Origin: Escherichia phage vB_EcoS_SCS92
Strand: one strand, 5' to 3'
Sequence record: ON548432.1
Length of the DNA stretch: 44,240 nucleotides
The notes beneath the pieces are model-generated. The model was not told the DNA's origin and ran no database searches. It worked only from the letters and a program-made list of their open reading frames with translations. Shown in pieces: positions 30,875 to 40,484 of the stretch; the first letter of the stretch is position 1; every line of letters starts with the position of its first letter. Position numbers and translations under genes: made by a program.

Positions 30875-33442
30875 TTAATTAAAACCATTGCTGAATCCGT
30901 CGGAGAAGCTGCTGCCGTATGGCGCGACGCCGTCGTATTTATAGAATCCGTCGTCATAGTTGTAACCAGTAATCTTGACCGTGCGGTCGTCGCCGGGGTC
31001 GATTGAAGAAACAACTATCTTCTGAGCATTATGCCTTGCTTCGTTGCCGAATGAAAACTCAGTTTTTAGTGCGCTATTCCCTGTGTAGATTGCCTCCTCC
31101 GGCGCGGAGAGCATAATCACCTCGCGGTCGTGGCTTCCTTTGATAACAGAAATACTCTGCACGGAGCCATCGCGCTTCTTGAGGATGATGGAGTGGTCAT
31201 CGCCGGGGGTAAACGTAACAGGTTGCGACAGTGTCAGCGTAAGCCCATTAACGGCAACAACATAACCATCCTGAGGCGCGATACGTGAACCTTTAACCAC
31301 GCTGATTACGCCGCCGGGAGTAGCGAGAGCGCCTTCTTCGGTAGCTTCGAACTCTACGACAACTTTACTTAACGTGTTGCGCTGGTAGCGACGCCACGCC
31401 AGCCAGTACGCTTGCTGATAGTTACGTACACCCTTCGATTCGTACTCCTCGGTGTTCGCGCCGAGTTCTTCCGGGATATAAATCGTCTCCTGTACGTTAG
31501 TATCCGGGTCAATGTACGAGAACGACAGGCTATCGTAGGTTGTCGAATCGTTGAACGTGCGCGTCCATTTCTCTGTACCAGTAGTTTTGCTGCGGTGGGT
31601 GAACACCATTTCGGGCCCCGCAACCGGACGATCAAATCGCAGCATAATATCCGCACCTTTACGGTACGCAGTACAGAAAACGGCTTCCGCGATGGTCTGA
31701 ACGATGTCCTGCATCGTGGTGTCGTAGTCGTCGAACGTGTAGCAGAACTGCCCCGCTAATTCACTTCCAAAATAGGATTCAATTTCTTCCTGCACGGCAA
31801 GTAACTTGTCCATGTTTGCCGTTGTCAGTTCCAGATTACCCACCACAGGGTCACGCGCCAGCCTGATTAGCGACTGCACGGCCTGAGTGTTCGGTGTCAT
31901 TACCGTATCGAATACGCCGTTACCTAAGTATTTGTAGCACATCTCGGTAGCAATCATGCGCAGTTCCGGTTCTGACACCTCGGCGGCACGTGGGGTTTGT
32001 TTACGAGCGCAGTGTACAGTAGTGCGGTTGCCGTAGTGCGGGGTTGTATCCAGTGACTGCCCGTACAGATTAGTGAAAGTAACCTCGTCGCTAACAGTAC
32101 CCTCAAAATCTTTATCAGTATCGGAAACACGGCGCATACGGGCGCGGAATCTGGAAGCGGTAGGCAAGCTTCCGTATAGGGTAATACCAGTGTAATCGGT
32201 GTTTCTCCCTGTAACAGTGCCTTGCACGGTGAATATGCCACCAACGGGCTGTTTCAATTCGTCCACCATCTGGTATTGCAGTTCCACCGTAACGGAGGCA
32301 CGGTTATAATCGCCGTTATATTTATACATGCCGTTGCTGGCGGCGACATTGGCTACAACACGGTTGACCGTACCGCGGGTGATGTACGCCCATTCAGAGA
32401 GGGAAGCCGCGTAAGTGTCCGCCGGACCTATGAGATGGTTACCCTCTTCACCTATAAACCACACCGATGACCCTAGCTGGTTCCATATTGATTGATTTGT
32501 ACTGACGTCCACAATAAGGGTCGTTTCACTAACAGAAAGAACCGTGTACCTCCCGTCCAGGTTAACCTCATTACCTAAAGACCCAGGAGTTGTGTCCGCA
32601 TATACGTTATCGAAATATGCCAGGTCTCCGACAGCCAAAAACTCATCGAAACCAGCGTCATCGCCTACTACAACGCCGGTTGTTCCCTGCCGCTGGACAG
32701 TGTAGTCCTGCACGTCTATAGCGATATCATTAGGGGCGGGAAGAACAGCGCCATCGACATCGGCGTTTTTAAATGTAACGTACAATTTCTGGTCTATCGG
32801 GTCGCCAATATGCAATTGTGGGGCGTTGGTGTTATTCGGCGAAGTGTAAGGGGAATACACCGCCACCGACGAGCCAGTTATCTCGCTGATTCGGGTATCT
32901 GCCTCAGTTACACCGTCTTCCTCAATATGCAGATACCCTCGACCGGCGTCATAGTACGCATATTCAATAAGTGCACCCGCGGCATTAAACACCTTATATG
33001 TTTGCATCAGGTCATTGGGGATGGTCTGCACTGTCCCGCAGATATCATAGGAACGCTCATAAGGTCGTGGCTTGTTTGAGCGGTCGGTGAGACTGTTGTT
33101 AGGCGACGTAGCCTGATTGTTGGTAGCGGAATAATTAGCGTTAGCCGCTGTGTTTAGCCCGAACAATTTGGCGATTGGCTTAAGGATGAAACTGAATACA
33201 CTCCCGATGGCGTCGCCAATGCCGCCGCCAGCGCCCTCAATAATGTGGTACACGGCGTCCTCGTCTTTGAGCGCGTCGAAGTCGTCTGTAACATCAGTAT
33301 CATCCCCAATCTCGCCAAGATAGACGCGTACCGGAACGCCGTCCGGGATACGGTTAACGACAAACTCCATCGGCATCCCGACGTGTTTTGTACGGTTGAA
33401 AGCCCCGTCGGCATTTCGCGTGTAGTGCAGGATTATCGCCAA
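30875..33442 (-). CDS. tail tip / central fibre protein (lambda J-like)
   Basis: 855 aa, directly downstream of the K-like gene; called by size and position. Confidence 0.55.
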   Translation of the reverse strand: MAIILHYTRNADGAFNRTKHVGMPMEFVVNRIPDGVPVRVYLGEIGDDTDVTDDFDALKDEDAVYHIIEGAGGGIGDAIGSVFSFILKPIAKLFGLNTAANANYSATNNQATSPNNSLTDRSNKPRPYERSYDICGTVQTIPNDLMQTYKVFNAAGALIEYAYYDAGRGYLHIEEDGVTEADTRISEITGSSVAVYSPYTSPNNTNAPQLHIGDPIDQKLYVTFKNADVDGAVLPAPNDIAIDVQDYTVQRQGTTGVVVGDDAGFDEFLAVGDLAYFDNVYADTTPGSLGNEVNLDGRYTVLSVSETTLIVDVSTNQSIWNQLGSSVWFIGEEGNHLIGPADTYAASLSEWAYITRGTVNRVVANVAASNGMYKYNGDYNRASVTVELQYQMVDELKQPVGGIFTVQGTVTGRNTDYTGITLYGSLPTASRFRARMRRVSDTDKDFEGTVSDEVTFTNLYGQSLDTTPHYGNRTTVHCARKQTPRAAEVSEPELRMIATEMCYKYLGNGVFDTVMTPNTQAVQSLIRLARDPVVGNLELTTANMDKLLAVQEEIESYFGSELAGQFCYTFDDYDTTMQDIVQTIAEAVFCTAYRKGADIMLRFDRPVAGPEMVFTHRSKTTGTEKWTRTFNDSTTYDSLSFSYIDPDTNVQETIYIPEELGANTEEYESKGVRNYQQAYWLAWRRYQRNTLSKVVVEFEATEEGALATPGGVISVVKGSRIAPQDGYVVAVNGLTLTLSQPVTFTPGDDHSIILKKRDGSVQSISVIKGSHDREVIMLSAPEEAIYTGNSALKTEFSFGNEARHNAQKIVVSSIDPGDDRTVKITGYNYDDGFYKYDGVAPYGSSFSDGFSNGFN

Positions 33443-33798
33443 AATTCAATCTCCGTGTACGTGTCTCTGAGGTCCGCCAGCCGGTCAAGTCGTACCTGAC
33501 GGGACGCAAGCTCGCAATGACTCACCATCCCGTCGAAGTAAACTCCCGCGTGCCACACGATACGACCGCCACGGCGATACCCCATAAGCACCGCACAGAA
33601 GTTTTCAGGCTTATCAATCTTCGTAAGCCCCTTCGTGTCACGATGGCCTTCGTCGAACGCTTCGTTAATCGCCGTTGGGCTTGTAACGTCGAACGCCGGG
33701 GTTTCTAACCCGGCATCGGCCCGTACAATGCGAACGTGATGCCAGCAATTGCGCTTGCGAAAGTCGTAAGGTATGCCCGTGTAGTCGTTAATATTCAT
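33433..33798 (-). CDS. tail assembly protein K-like, NlpC/P60 (C40) peptidase fold
   Basis: 121 aa with a Cys...His...His arrangement (RNCWHH, VWHAGVYF) typical of NlpC/P60. Confidence 0.6.
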   Translation of the reverse strand: MNINDYTGIPYDFRKRNCWHHVRIVRADAGLETPAFDVTSPTAINEAFDEGHRDTKGLTKIDKPENFCAVLMGYRRGGRIVWHAGVYFDGMVSHCELASRQVRLDRLADLRDTYTEIEFWR

Positions 33799-34310
33799 GT
33801 GGTCAACAGGCCGCGTAATAACGGTATCTCTTTAGGTGTCATCAGTATACCAGTGCTTCGCTGGTTCAGCATAGGTGTACCAACATCCGCGGAGAACTCG
33901 CCCTTCTCCTGGTTGATGGCCTGCAACTCATACATGACAGGACCGTCAGCCGGATAAGACAGGTCTGTGCTGACGTAACGACGGAAGACGAACTTCGGCA
34001 ACTCGGTGTTACTCATAGGGATTTTATCCATCTCATCGTCAAGTTGATTGAGAATATCCGGTAAAGTAAATGTCGTCGTCTGGTCCATATCACTGTTGTT
34101 AGCCGCACCCGACGCTTCCATAGGAGTAGGTTCGAACGTGATTGTTTCTCCCGTCTCCAGCGTTGCCGTAAGTTCCTGTAGCCCGCGCACAAGATAGTAC
34201 GTCTTTGACAGCAACGGGTGGCTGATTTGCAACGTGATGTAGTCCATCTCGCCGTCGGGATTTGAGGCCAGCTTACGGCGATAGGCGGCTTCTACAGATT
34301 CCTGGCTCAT
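33795..34310 (-). CDS. minor tail protein (lambda L-like position)
   Basis: 171 aa, between the distal tail protein gene and the K-like gene. Confidence 0.45.
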   Translation of the reverse strand: MSQESVEAAYRRKLASNPDGEMDYITLQISHPLLSKTYYLVRGLQELTATLETGETITFEPTPMEASGAANNSDMDQTTTFTLPDILNQLDDEMDKIPMSNTELPKFVFRRYVSTDLSYPADGPVMYELQAINQEKGEFSADVGTPMLNQRSTGILMTPKEIPLLRGLLTT

Positions 34311-34313
34311 AAA

Positions 34314-35714
34314 TTAACCGTCCACATTAAAATCAATACGAGTGATGTATTTACTACCCCACGCCGAATCCGCTTGTGGTATGGAGGCGTAACCGTCAAC
34401 AGCCTGAACGTTTATCACGGAGCCGTCGGAGTAGGTAATGTCAATGCTTGTCGCGCCATTCATGGTTACTTTTGCTGATGCCGTTGGACGAGTTACCGGT
34501 GACTCCTCGGTCACTATCGGGGAGGAGGCAAACTCTGAAGGCTCCATCTGGATTAGGGCTATAATGAACCCACTGACATCATCCCCTGTGAAGGTGAGGG
34601 AGTTAGACGGAGACAACATGTTTATCTGCGAATAAATCAATCCGCCGGAGTCGTTAGTGTCCGCTGACATTGAAACGTGATACCACCCACCACCAAGATT
34701 GCTTACGAACGACCTTGAGGTGTCGCCTGATATCAAATAGCCGGAGGCTAAGTCAACATAGGCATACTGGAAATTATCTAAAGCGGCTCGGTTGCCGATG
34801 GCTACCGCTGCCGACTGGTACTCATCTGCTTTTATAATAGCACTAATAGAGTATCTTGTTTCTTGTTCTGGGGCCTCTGCCTTGTTTATATAATGGTTAC
34901 CTGATACCGACGTTGCGGTTAATTTAGCAGCATAAGTTTCTTGGAATAACGCCAAAGAACTCGCCGTGGTTGTTGTTCTGGTACGTGAAAATGATGTAGA
35001 TAGTAAGTTGTTAGAATGTTCTACCACATTGGTAGCAGCCTTTTCCGGCGGCACACGCCCAACTGCAGTTCCGTCAATAAACGTAAGAGGCCATTCATTA
35101 GTGGCGGACTGCACAAGATTGCCGTTGCGGTTGATGTAATAAACCTGCGGCCCTTCATACACAATGCGGCTATCAAGAGTCGACGCCAGAAGGTTAATCG
35201 GCGGATACCCGGCAGGGCCTTCATTACTCCAGATTCGTGGAAACGTTGATTGCGCGGTTCCGTAGGCTTTAAGGAAACACCCCAGCCCGTCACCATAGCA
35301 ACCATACAAATCCGGCAGATTATTGACAAGACACTGGTTCTCGAGGTCCTGGAACGGGGATTTCTCGGCGGTTGCCGTGAAAGTAATCGTCCAGTTAATG
35401 CCGTCTTCGGTGGACTCCGCGATGGTGGACGTGATGGTTACCTGATAATCTTCAATACCCATGCCGAAGTCATGCGCCATCCAGAAACTTGACGCACCGC
35501 CGTCCACTTTCTCAAGGAACGACAGAAACGCCTGTCGCCCTAGTGCAGATGTAATCAGGGTTACGCTTATTGGGAACACATCATAATACGTGTCACGGCC
35601 CTGGCGCACTCCACCGCCGGCTAAATCTACACTCCAGACGTTGTTGCGTCTGGTCATTGAGTAGCCTTTCGATACCACCGGCTTAAGGCTACGTGGGAAA
35701 TATAAGTCGCTCAT
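34314..35714 (-). CDS. minor tail / distal tail protein
   Basis: 466 aa; ATGA overlap with the tape measure stop. Confidence 0.5.
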   Translation of the reverse strand: MSDLYFPRSLKPVVSKGYSMTRRNNVWSVDLAGGGVRQGRDTYYDVFPISVTLITSALGRQAFLSFLEKVDGGASSFWMAHDFGMGIEDYQVTITSTIAESTEDGINWTITFTATAEKSPFQDLENQCLVNNLPDLYGCYGDGLGCFLKAYGTAQSTFPRIWSNEGPAGYPPINLLASTLDSRIVYEGPQVYYINRNGNLVQSATNEWPLTFIDGTAVGRVPPEKAATNVVEHSNNLLSTSFSRTRTTTTASSLALFQETYAAKLTATSVSGNHYINKAEAPEQETRYSISAIIKADEYQSAAVAIGNRAALDNFQYAYVDLASGYLISGDTSRSFVSNLGGGWYHVSMSADTNDSGGLIYSQINMLSPSNSLTFTGDDVSGFIIALIQMEPSEFASSPIVTEESPVTRPTASAKVTMNGATSIDITYSDGSVINVQAVDGYASIPQADSAWGSKYITRIDFNVDG

Positions 35715-38026
35715 TATTTAAACCCCGGCGCATTTCTTGTGGCCTTGCGGGCCTTGCTAATCTTACTGTTACTGTTCTGCAAAGAGGCAGCCACTTGCTC
35801 CTCGATGATGATACGCAAACGGCCTTCATCATCTTGCTCAGTGGATACGTTGCCGATTTGAGAACTCGTGTTGTTTACGATAGTAACATTAGACGGTCCG
35901 GAAGAAGACCCGTTTTGCCCCATAATTTCTTTCATCTGCTGTGCGGTGCGTACACGTGACGCACCAGCGGGCATGATAACTTCTGGTTTACCGCGTTCGG
36001 CGATGGTTGAAGCCTGCCCCGCGGATAACTGTCCGCCCTGTTCACGTGCGGACCTGATAGCGGAAATCTGCGCCATACCCGCCCCAACGGCAGCAGCGGC
36101 AGCTACAGGAGCCAGGAACGGGCCAACTACAGGGATAGCCGCTGTTGACTTATACGCCTCAATAGCCGCGGTGTACGTGGCTATAGTGGCCTGCACGATA
36201 GCGAATGCCTTGTACGCGCCAGAAGCCTCGCCCAAAGCCGAACCGATGTTTGAGGCCATGTTACCGAAGGCCGTTGCCGTTGCGTCGGCACGCTTCGTGG
36301 CGTACTGCTCATTGATGGCGTTAAGCGCCGCCTGGTACTGCTTCTCACTAATAAGCCCCTGCTCACGGTACTTATCCGCTACCTTCAGTTTCTGCTGTTC
36401 CTGGATGTCGAGAAGCTCAAGCTCAGTAGCGTTCTGACCCATAATCTGTGCCATGAAGTCCTCGCCTTTCTGCTGCTTTTCCTGCTGCTCTTTTCTTTTC
36501 TTATCCAGTTCTTCCTGTCTGGCCTGCTCGGCTGTGAGCATAATTTGAGTTTTGGCGTTTTCATACTGCTGCTGGCTTATCGTTCCGGCGCGGTTGAACT
36601 CCTCCAGTTTCGCCAGTTTCTGTTCTTCCGCAGCGGTAATGCGCGAAATCTCATCTCCGGTTGTGCGGTCGACAGTAGCCAGGAAATCTTCCGCCGCTTT
36701 TTTCTGTCGTTCAGCCGCCGTTTCTTCGCGTTTGGCTTGTGCCGCCAGCCGTTTCTCGTTCGATTTAGCCTCGCGGTCTGCCTTCTCTTTCTCGGTCTTG
36801 TCAATGCGGGCGATGTCTTGCTGAGCTTCCGTGTCGCGAGCGGCATTATACGCGGCTATCTGTTCTTTGGTGACAGCTTCACGTTTAGCGAACGCCTGTT
36901 TATCGAGTTCAGCTTGCGCCCGGATGCGCTCACGGTCGCTTAAGATGGCAATTTGCTGGTTTTTGACGATGGCGTCGTTCTGTTCCTGGAATCTCTGCGT
37001 GGTTGAGTTGACGTTACGGCCGAGATTCTTTTGGGCCTCCGCCGCCGCGTTTGCCGACTTCTCCGCGTTCTCCAGTGCCGTGGCGTTCTTGTTGGCATTG
37101 TCGGTCAGGCGGATAAGCTCCGGGTTCAGCTGTTTTGTGTTACCCAGCCAGTCGGTAAACACATCGGCGATGCGGCGGGCATTCTCCGCGGTTGGTTCTT
37201 TGTTAAACGCACTCTGCGCCGCTATCATCTCCAGCGCCTGGTCACGGTTAACCCCGAACTTACTGCTAAGCTCTGCGATATTCTGCGCCAGCATGTTGAC
37301 GCCTACGATGTTACCCTCGTAAGTGCCGCCGAGTTTTTCTAATGTGTCGCCTACATCTGCACCCTTAGACACCAGCGCATCATACTGGCTAATAGCTGAT
37401 GCTGTGGAGGCTTTCCATGTTTCCCATGATTCCGCGTCCTCACGAACAGCTTTAGCTGTTTGCTGTGCGATAAGGTCAGCGTTAGCCTTAGCCAAAGCGA
37501 GCTGAGTCTCCGCCGCTTCTCTGCTGATTTGGGTAAGCTGGATAAGGCCGTCTGTCAGTTCGAGGGAGCCAGATGCCGTTTGTTGGAAAGTATCTTTTAA
37601 CTGTTTCTGTGCGGCTTCGAGGTCTTTTGAACTGCCTTCTGCTTCGGTTAGCGATTTATACAGGACGCCACCAACAGCTGATGCAAGAGCAATTACAGCC
37701 CCAAGCACCGCACCACCGGGGCCGAAAGCACCCGCAAGCTGCGAACCTTGCTGTCCTATCGCGACGAATGCGGACGTACCGGATTGCAACTGGACAACCA
37801 TGTCCTGCACCTGGAAGCCTACCTGCCCAGCGGCATTACGGAACTTAGCGAAACCGTCAGAGGCGGCTTTAGACGTAGCGGAGTTTACTTTATTAACATC
37901 CGGAGTCAGCTTGTTTACTGCGGTATCCGCACGGTCTGCAGACGACGCCATAGCGTCAAGCTGTTTGGCAGCTACGTCAGCACCTTCTGTTTTTACTCTG
38001 GCAATTAGGGAAGCCGTATCAGCCAT
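35714..38026 (-). CDS. tail tape measure protein
   Basis: About 770 aa, helical and Ala/Gln/Lys/Glu-rich, downstream of the G/GT chaperones. Likely ATG at 38026 (MADTASL) with a GAGGG Shine-Dalgarno. Confidence 0.8.
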   Translation of the reverse strand: MADTASLIARVKTEGADVAAKQLDAMASSADRADTAVNKLTPDVNKVNSATSKAASDGFAKFRNAAGQVGFQVQDMVVQLQSGTSAFVAIGQQGSQLAGAFGPGGAVLGAVIALASAVGGVLYKSLTEAEGSSKDLEAAQKQLKDTFQQTASGSLELTDGLIQLTQISREAAETQLALAKANADLIAQQTAKAVREDAESWETWKASTASAISQYDALVSKGADVGDTLEKLGGTYEGNIVGVNMLAQNIAELSSKFGVNRDQALEMIAAQSAFNKEPTAENARRIADVFTDWLGNTKQLNPELIRLTDNANKNATALENAEKSANAAAEAQKNLGRNVNSTTQRFQEQNDAIVKNQQIAILSDRERIRAQAELDKQAFAKREAVTKEQIAAYNAARDTEAQQDIARIDKTEKEKADREAKSNEKRLAAQAKREETAAERQKKAAEDFLATVDRTTGDEISRITAAEEQKLAKLEEFNRAGTISQQQYENAKTQIMLTAEQARQEELDKKRKEQQEKQQKGEDFMAQIMGQNATELELLDIQEQQKLKVADKYREQGLISEKQYQAALNAINEQYATKRADATATAFGNMASNIGSALGEASGAYKAFAIVQATIATYTAAIEAYKSTAAIPVVGPFLAPVAAAAAVGAGMAQISAIRSAREQGGQLSAGQASTIAERGKPEVIMPAGASRVRTAQQMKEIMGQNGSSSGPSNVTIVNNTSSQIGNVSTEQDDEGRLRIIIEEQVAASLQNSNSKISKARKATRNAPGFK

Positions 38027-38390
38027 CTTCTCTGCCCTCAAATATTCCGTCTAAGCCCATGATAACCTCGGCTTCGAACAAACTTATGCCGTAACCGGCG
38101 ACATCACGAAACGCTACCAAATCTTGCCATTTGAGCGCATCGCGCGGGATTATAACGATAGTATCATCTGTTTCGCGCTGTAGGAATTTAATGGCACGGT
38201 ATTTCTCGAACACGTCGATAAGAGAAACGGGGCATTCCGGCCCCGTCGCTTCTTTCATCTGCGGTTCTTTAATCACGCCCATTGCAATCAAAGCCGCCTG
38301 GTGGCCCGCCGCGATGTCGTCGAATTGCTTACGTTTGTGGCGGTCGACAAAGCACCATTGCGCAAATTCATACAGCGCTTTTACTTTTCC
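38019..38390 (-). CDS. tail assembly chaperone, -1 frameshift extension (T part of G/GT)
   Basis: The -1 frame stays open from the G stop to 38019. Slippery heptamer GGAAAAG lies immediately before the G stop codon (minus strand, 38384-38390). Confidence 0.4.
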   Translation of the reverse strand, partial: GKVKALYEFAQWCFVDRHKRKQFDDIAAGHQAALIAMGVIKEPQMKEATGPECPVSLIDVFEKYRAIKFLQRETDDTIVIIPRDALKWQDLVAFRDVAGYGISLFEAEVIMGLDGIFEGREDG

Positions 38391-38797
38391 GAGAGTTTCT
38401 CACGGCTATCGGTGTGATGCTTAACTACGGCCTCTGCCAACCCACTGTACTGGTCGAACAGGTTAGCAAGCGCCTCTTTGCTGAATGGTTCGTCGAATGA
38501 CCAACCGGTGACGATTTCCACGGCAAGCTGCTTGTTCAGGTCCATCACCCGCCAGCCCTTCTCATCATTATAGCGCGCCCAGTTATTCAGCGCCTCGCAC
38601 TCTTTATCTAATGGCGCAAGTTCTTCCGTAAGGCGTCGAATTGCCGTTGTGTAGGCGCGGCCCGCACGAACACCAGCGTCACAATCGGGGCCAATGACCT
38701 GTAGCCATTCACCAGAGTCTTTACCACTCGGCAGAAGGATAGGCATTTTAGTGCCAGCAGCATGGCGGTCCGCAAAATAAAAATCAGAAAGTTTCAT
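38381..38797 (-). CDS. tail assembly chaperone (lambda G-like)
   Basis: 138 aa, immediately upstream of the tape measure gene, with a slippery site at its 3' end. Confidence 0.5.
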   Translation of the reverse strand: MKLSDFYFADRHAAGTKMPILLPSGKDSGEWLQVIGPDCDAGVRAGRAYTTAIRRLTEELAPLDKECEALNNWARYNDEKGWRVMDLNKQLAVEIVTGWSFDEPFSKEALANLFDQYSGLAEAVVKHHTDSREKLSEK

Positions 38798-38904
38798 TCT
38801 TTAATCCTTTGGTTAAGAGGTTACTGGTTAAGGTTGACGCGCCAGACGGGAACCACCCGCTTTTCGTGTGCGACACTAGGCGCAAAATTATTCTAGCACA
38901 CTAC

Positions 38905-38933
38905 TTGCACACCCCAATATAATAGGGTACTAT
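38905..38933 (+). promoter_or_regulatory. sigma70-like promoter (TTGCAC-N17-TACTAT class) with AATAG-N4-CTATT palindrome, driving the opposite-strand island
   Basis: CTTGCACaccccaatataatagggTACTAT, 28 bp upstream of the ATG at 38962. Confidence 0.55.
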
Positions 38934-38961
38934 TCACCAGTAACTTACTGAGGGTATAATT

Positions 38962-39288
38962 ATGCGTAAATTAGTATTAGCTCTGGGGTTTATGTCTTTT
39001 GCTACTTTTGGAGCCCCGTGCGAACAGGTATTTAGTGAATCCGTTCTTATGACTTCTGGTGTGCTTGATAAAGCCGACCTTACTATTGTAAAGGCATTTA
39101 AAGACTCTACAGTTCGCGAGTGTGAGGCTGCCGTAGTGGTTGGTAAATCGGGCCTGCCTCCGCAAGCCGTAACATACTCGGTAATACGTTCTGTAGAGAA
39201 AAACGGAGACGCGTTTTACAGCCTACTGACAGCCACCCGCCTGCAAATGGTGATGACCGGGTGGGCGATAGGCGCGGAAAGTAAATAG
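38962..39288 (+). CDS. small secreted/periplasmic protein with signal peptide (candidate superinfection-exclusion factor)
   Basis: 108 aa. N-terminus MRKLVLALGFMSFATFGAP is a signal peptide. Opposite strand to the tail genes, with its own early-type promoter. Confidence 0.5.
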   Translation: MRKLVLALGFMSFATFGAPCEQVFSESVLMTSGVLDKADLTIVKAFKDSTVRECEAAVVVGKSGLPPQAVTYSVIRSVEKNGDAFYSLLTATRLQMVMTGWAIGAESK

Positions 39289-39353
39289 TCGCCTTTATTT
39301 AAAGGAATGCACTGTGGTTAAATAGGACAAATCCTAAACACGAGGAAGTAAGC

Positions 39354-40484
39354 ATGGCCCGGAAGAAAATAACCGACGAACAGTTGCAGGAAGAATTGAA
39401 CGCCGGGATGAAGAATATCGATATCGCCCGTAAATACGGAATCTCAGACCGCGTTATTCGTATCCGTAAAGCGAAGCTGGCTAAGAAAGGTGTAGGCCAC
39501 GGGCGTGACGTTAGCCACCTTGTCCCAGACGGCTACAAGATTAAAGGGACGTCGTCCCTGGTGGACGAGTTCGGCAACACTAAGTTGCAATGGGTTAAGA
39601 CCGACGCTGATGCCGAACGTCAGGTTGAATTGATGAAAGCCGTAATAGAGGGCATGAAGTCAGAGATTACGCCCGTTGCGCCTGTTAAACCGGCACGAGC
39701 CAAACGTGACGATAAACTACTCAATCTTTACACGGTATCTGATTTCCATCTCGGTATGCTGGCATGGGCCGATGAGAGCGGCGACGACTGGGACATGAAG
39801 ATTGCAGAAGACCTGTTCTCTCGGTGGTTCGACGCGGCGTTTCAGAAAGCACCGGATGCAGGAACAGGAGTTATTAACCTGCTTGGCGACCTTGCACACT
39901 TCGATAGTCTGGACGCCGTTACCCCGGCAAGTGGTCATGTTCTCGATGCGGACACGCGCTACCAGAAACTGGTTCGCTACATGATTCGTATGGTCCGCCG
40001 TGTTGTCGATATGGCCCTTGTTAAGCATAAAAATGTTCGCTTGCTTATCGTACAAGGGAACCACGACGAAAGCGGAATGATTTGGTTAGCTGAGATGTTC
40101 AGTACGCTGTACGACAATGAGCCTCGTGTGTTCGTCGATACGTCGCCGGATGTTTACAAGATGGTGCAACACGGCAAAACGACGCTGTTCTTTACACACG
40201 GGCATAAATGCCGGTTTGAGGTGGTCGAACCCATTATGATAGCTAAGTTCAGAAAAGCATTTGGCGAAAGCGAGTACAGTTACGCACATGTCGGTCATCT
40301 CCACCATCAAAAGATTGTAGAAAGTAGGAATATGGTAGTGGAACAACATCGCACTCTCGCGGCGAAAGATGCATATGCTTCCCGCGGTGGGTGGATGTCT
40401 AAGAGGTCCGCTAATGTCATAACCTATAGTTCAGAGTTCGGGGAAGTAGGTAGGCTTTCGATCTCACCGGAGATGCTAAGATGA
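39354..40484 (+). CDS. HTH-fused metallophosphoesterase (calcineurin-like)
   Basis: 376 aa. N-terminal HTH-like region (NIDIARKYGISDRVIRIRKAKL) and C-terminal metallophosphoesterase motifs (DFHLG, LLGDLAHFD, VQGNHDE, FTHGH, HVGHLHH). Confidence 0.65.
   Translation: MARKKITDEQLQEELNAGMKNIDIARKYGISDRVIRIRKAKLAKKGVGHGRDVSHLVPDGYKIKGTSSLVDEFGNTKLQWVKTDADAERQVELMKAVIEGMKSEITPVAPVKPARAKRDDKLLNLYTVSDFHLGMLAWADESGDDWDMKIAEDLFSRWFDAAFQKAPDAGTGVINLLGDLAHFDSLDAVTPASGHVLDADTRYQKLVRYMIRMVRRVVDMALVKHKNVRLLIVQGNHDESGMIWLAEMFSTLYDNEPRVFVDTSPDVYKMVQHGKTTLFFTHGHKCRFEVVEPIMIAKFRKAFGESEYSYAHVGHLHHQKIVESRNMVVEQHRTLAAKDAYASRGGWMSKRSANVITYSSEFGEVGRLSISPEMLR

Noticed and set aside
35868-37505. Several plus-strand ORFs (35868-36437, 36545-36943, 36831-37322 and others)
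   Set aside because: All are antisense to the tape measure gene, and their low-complexity translations mirror its Ala/Lys/Glu-rich coding bias.
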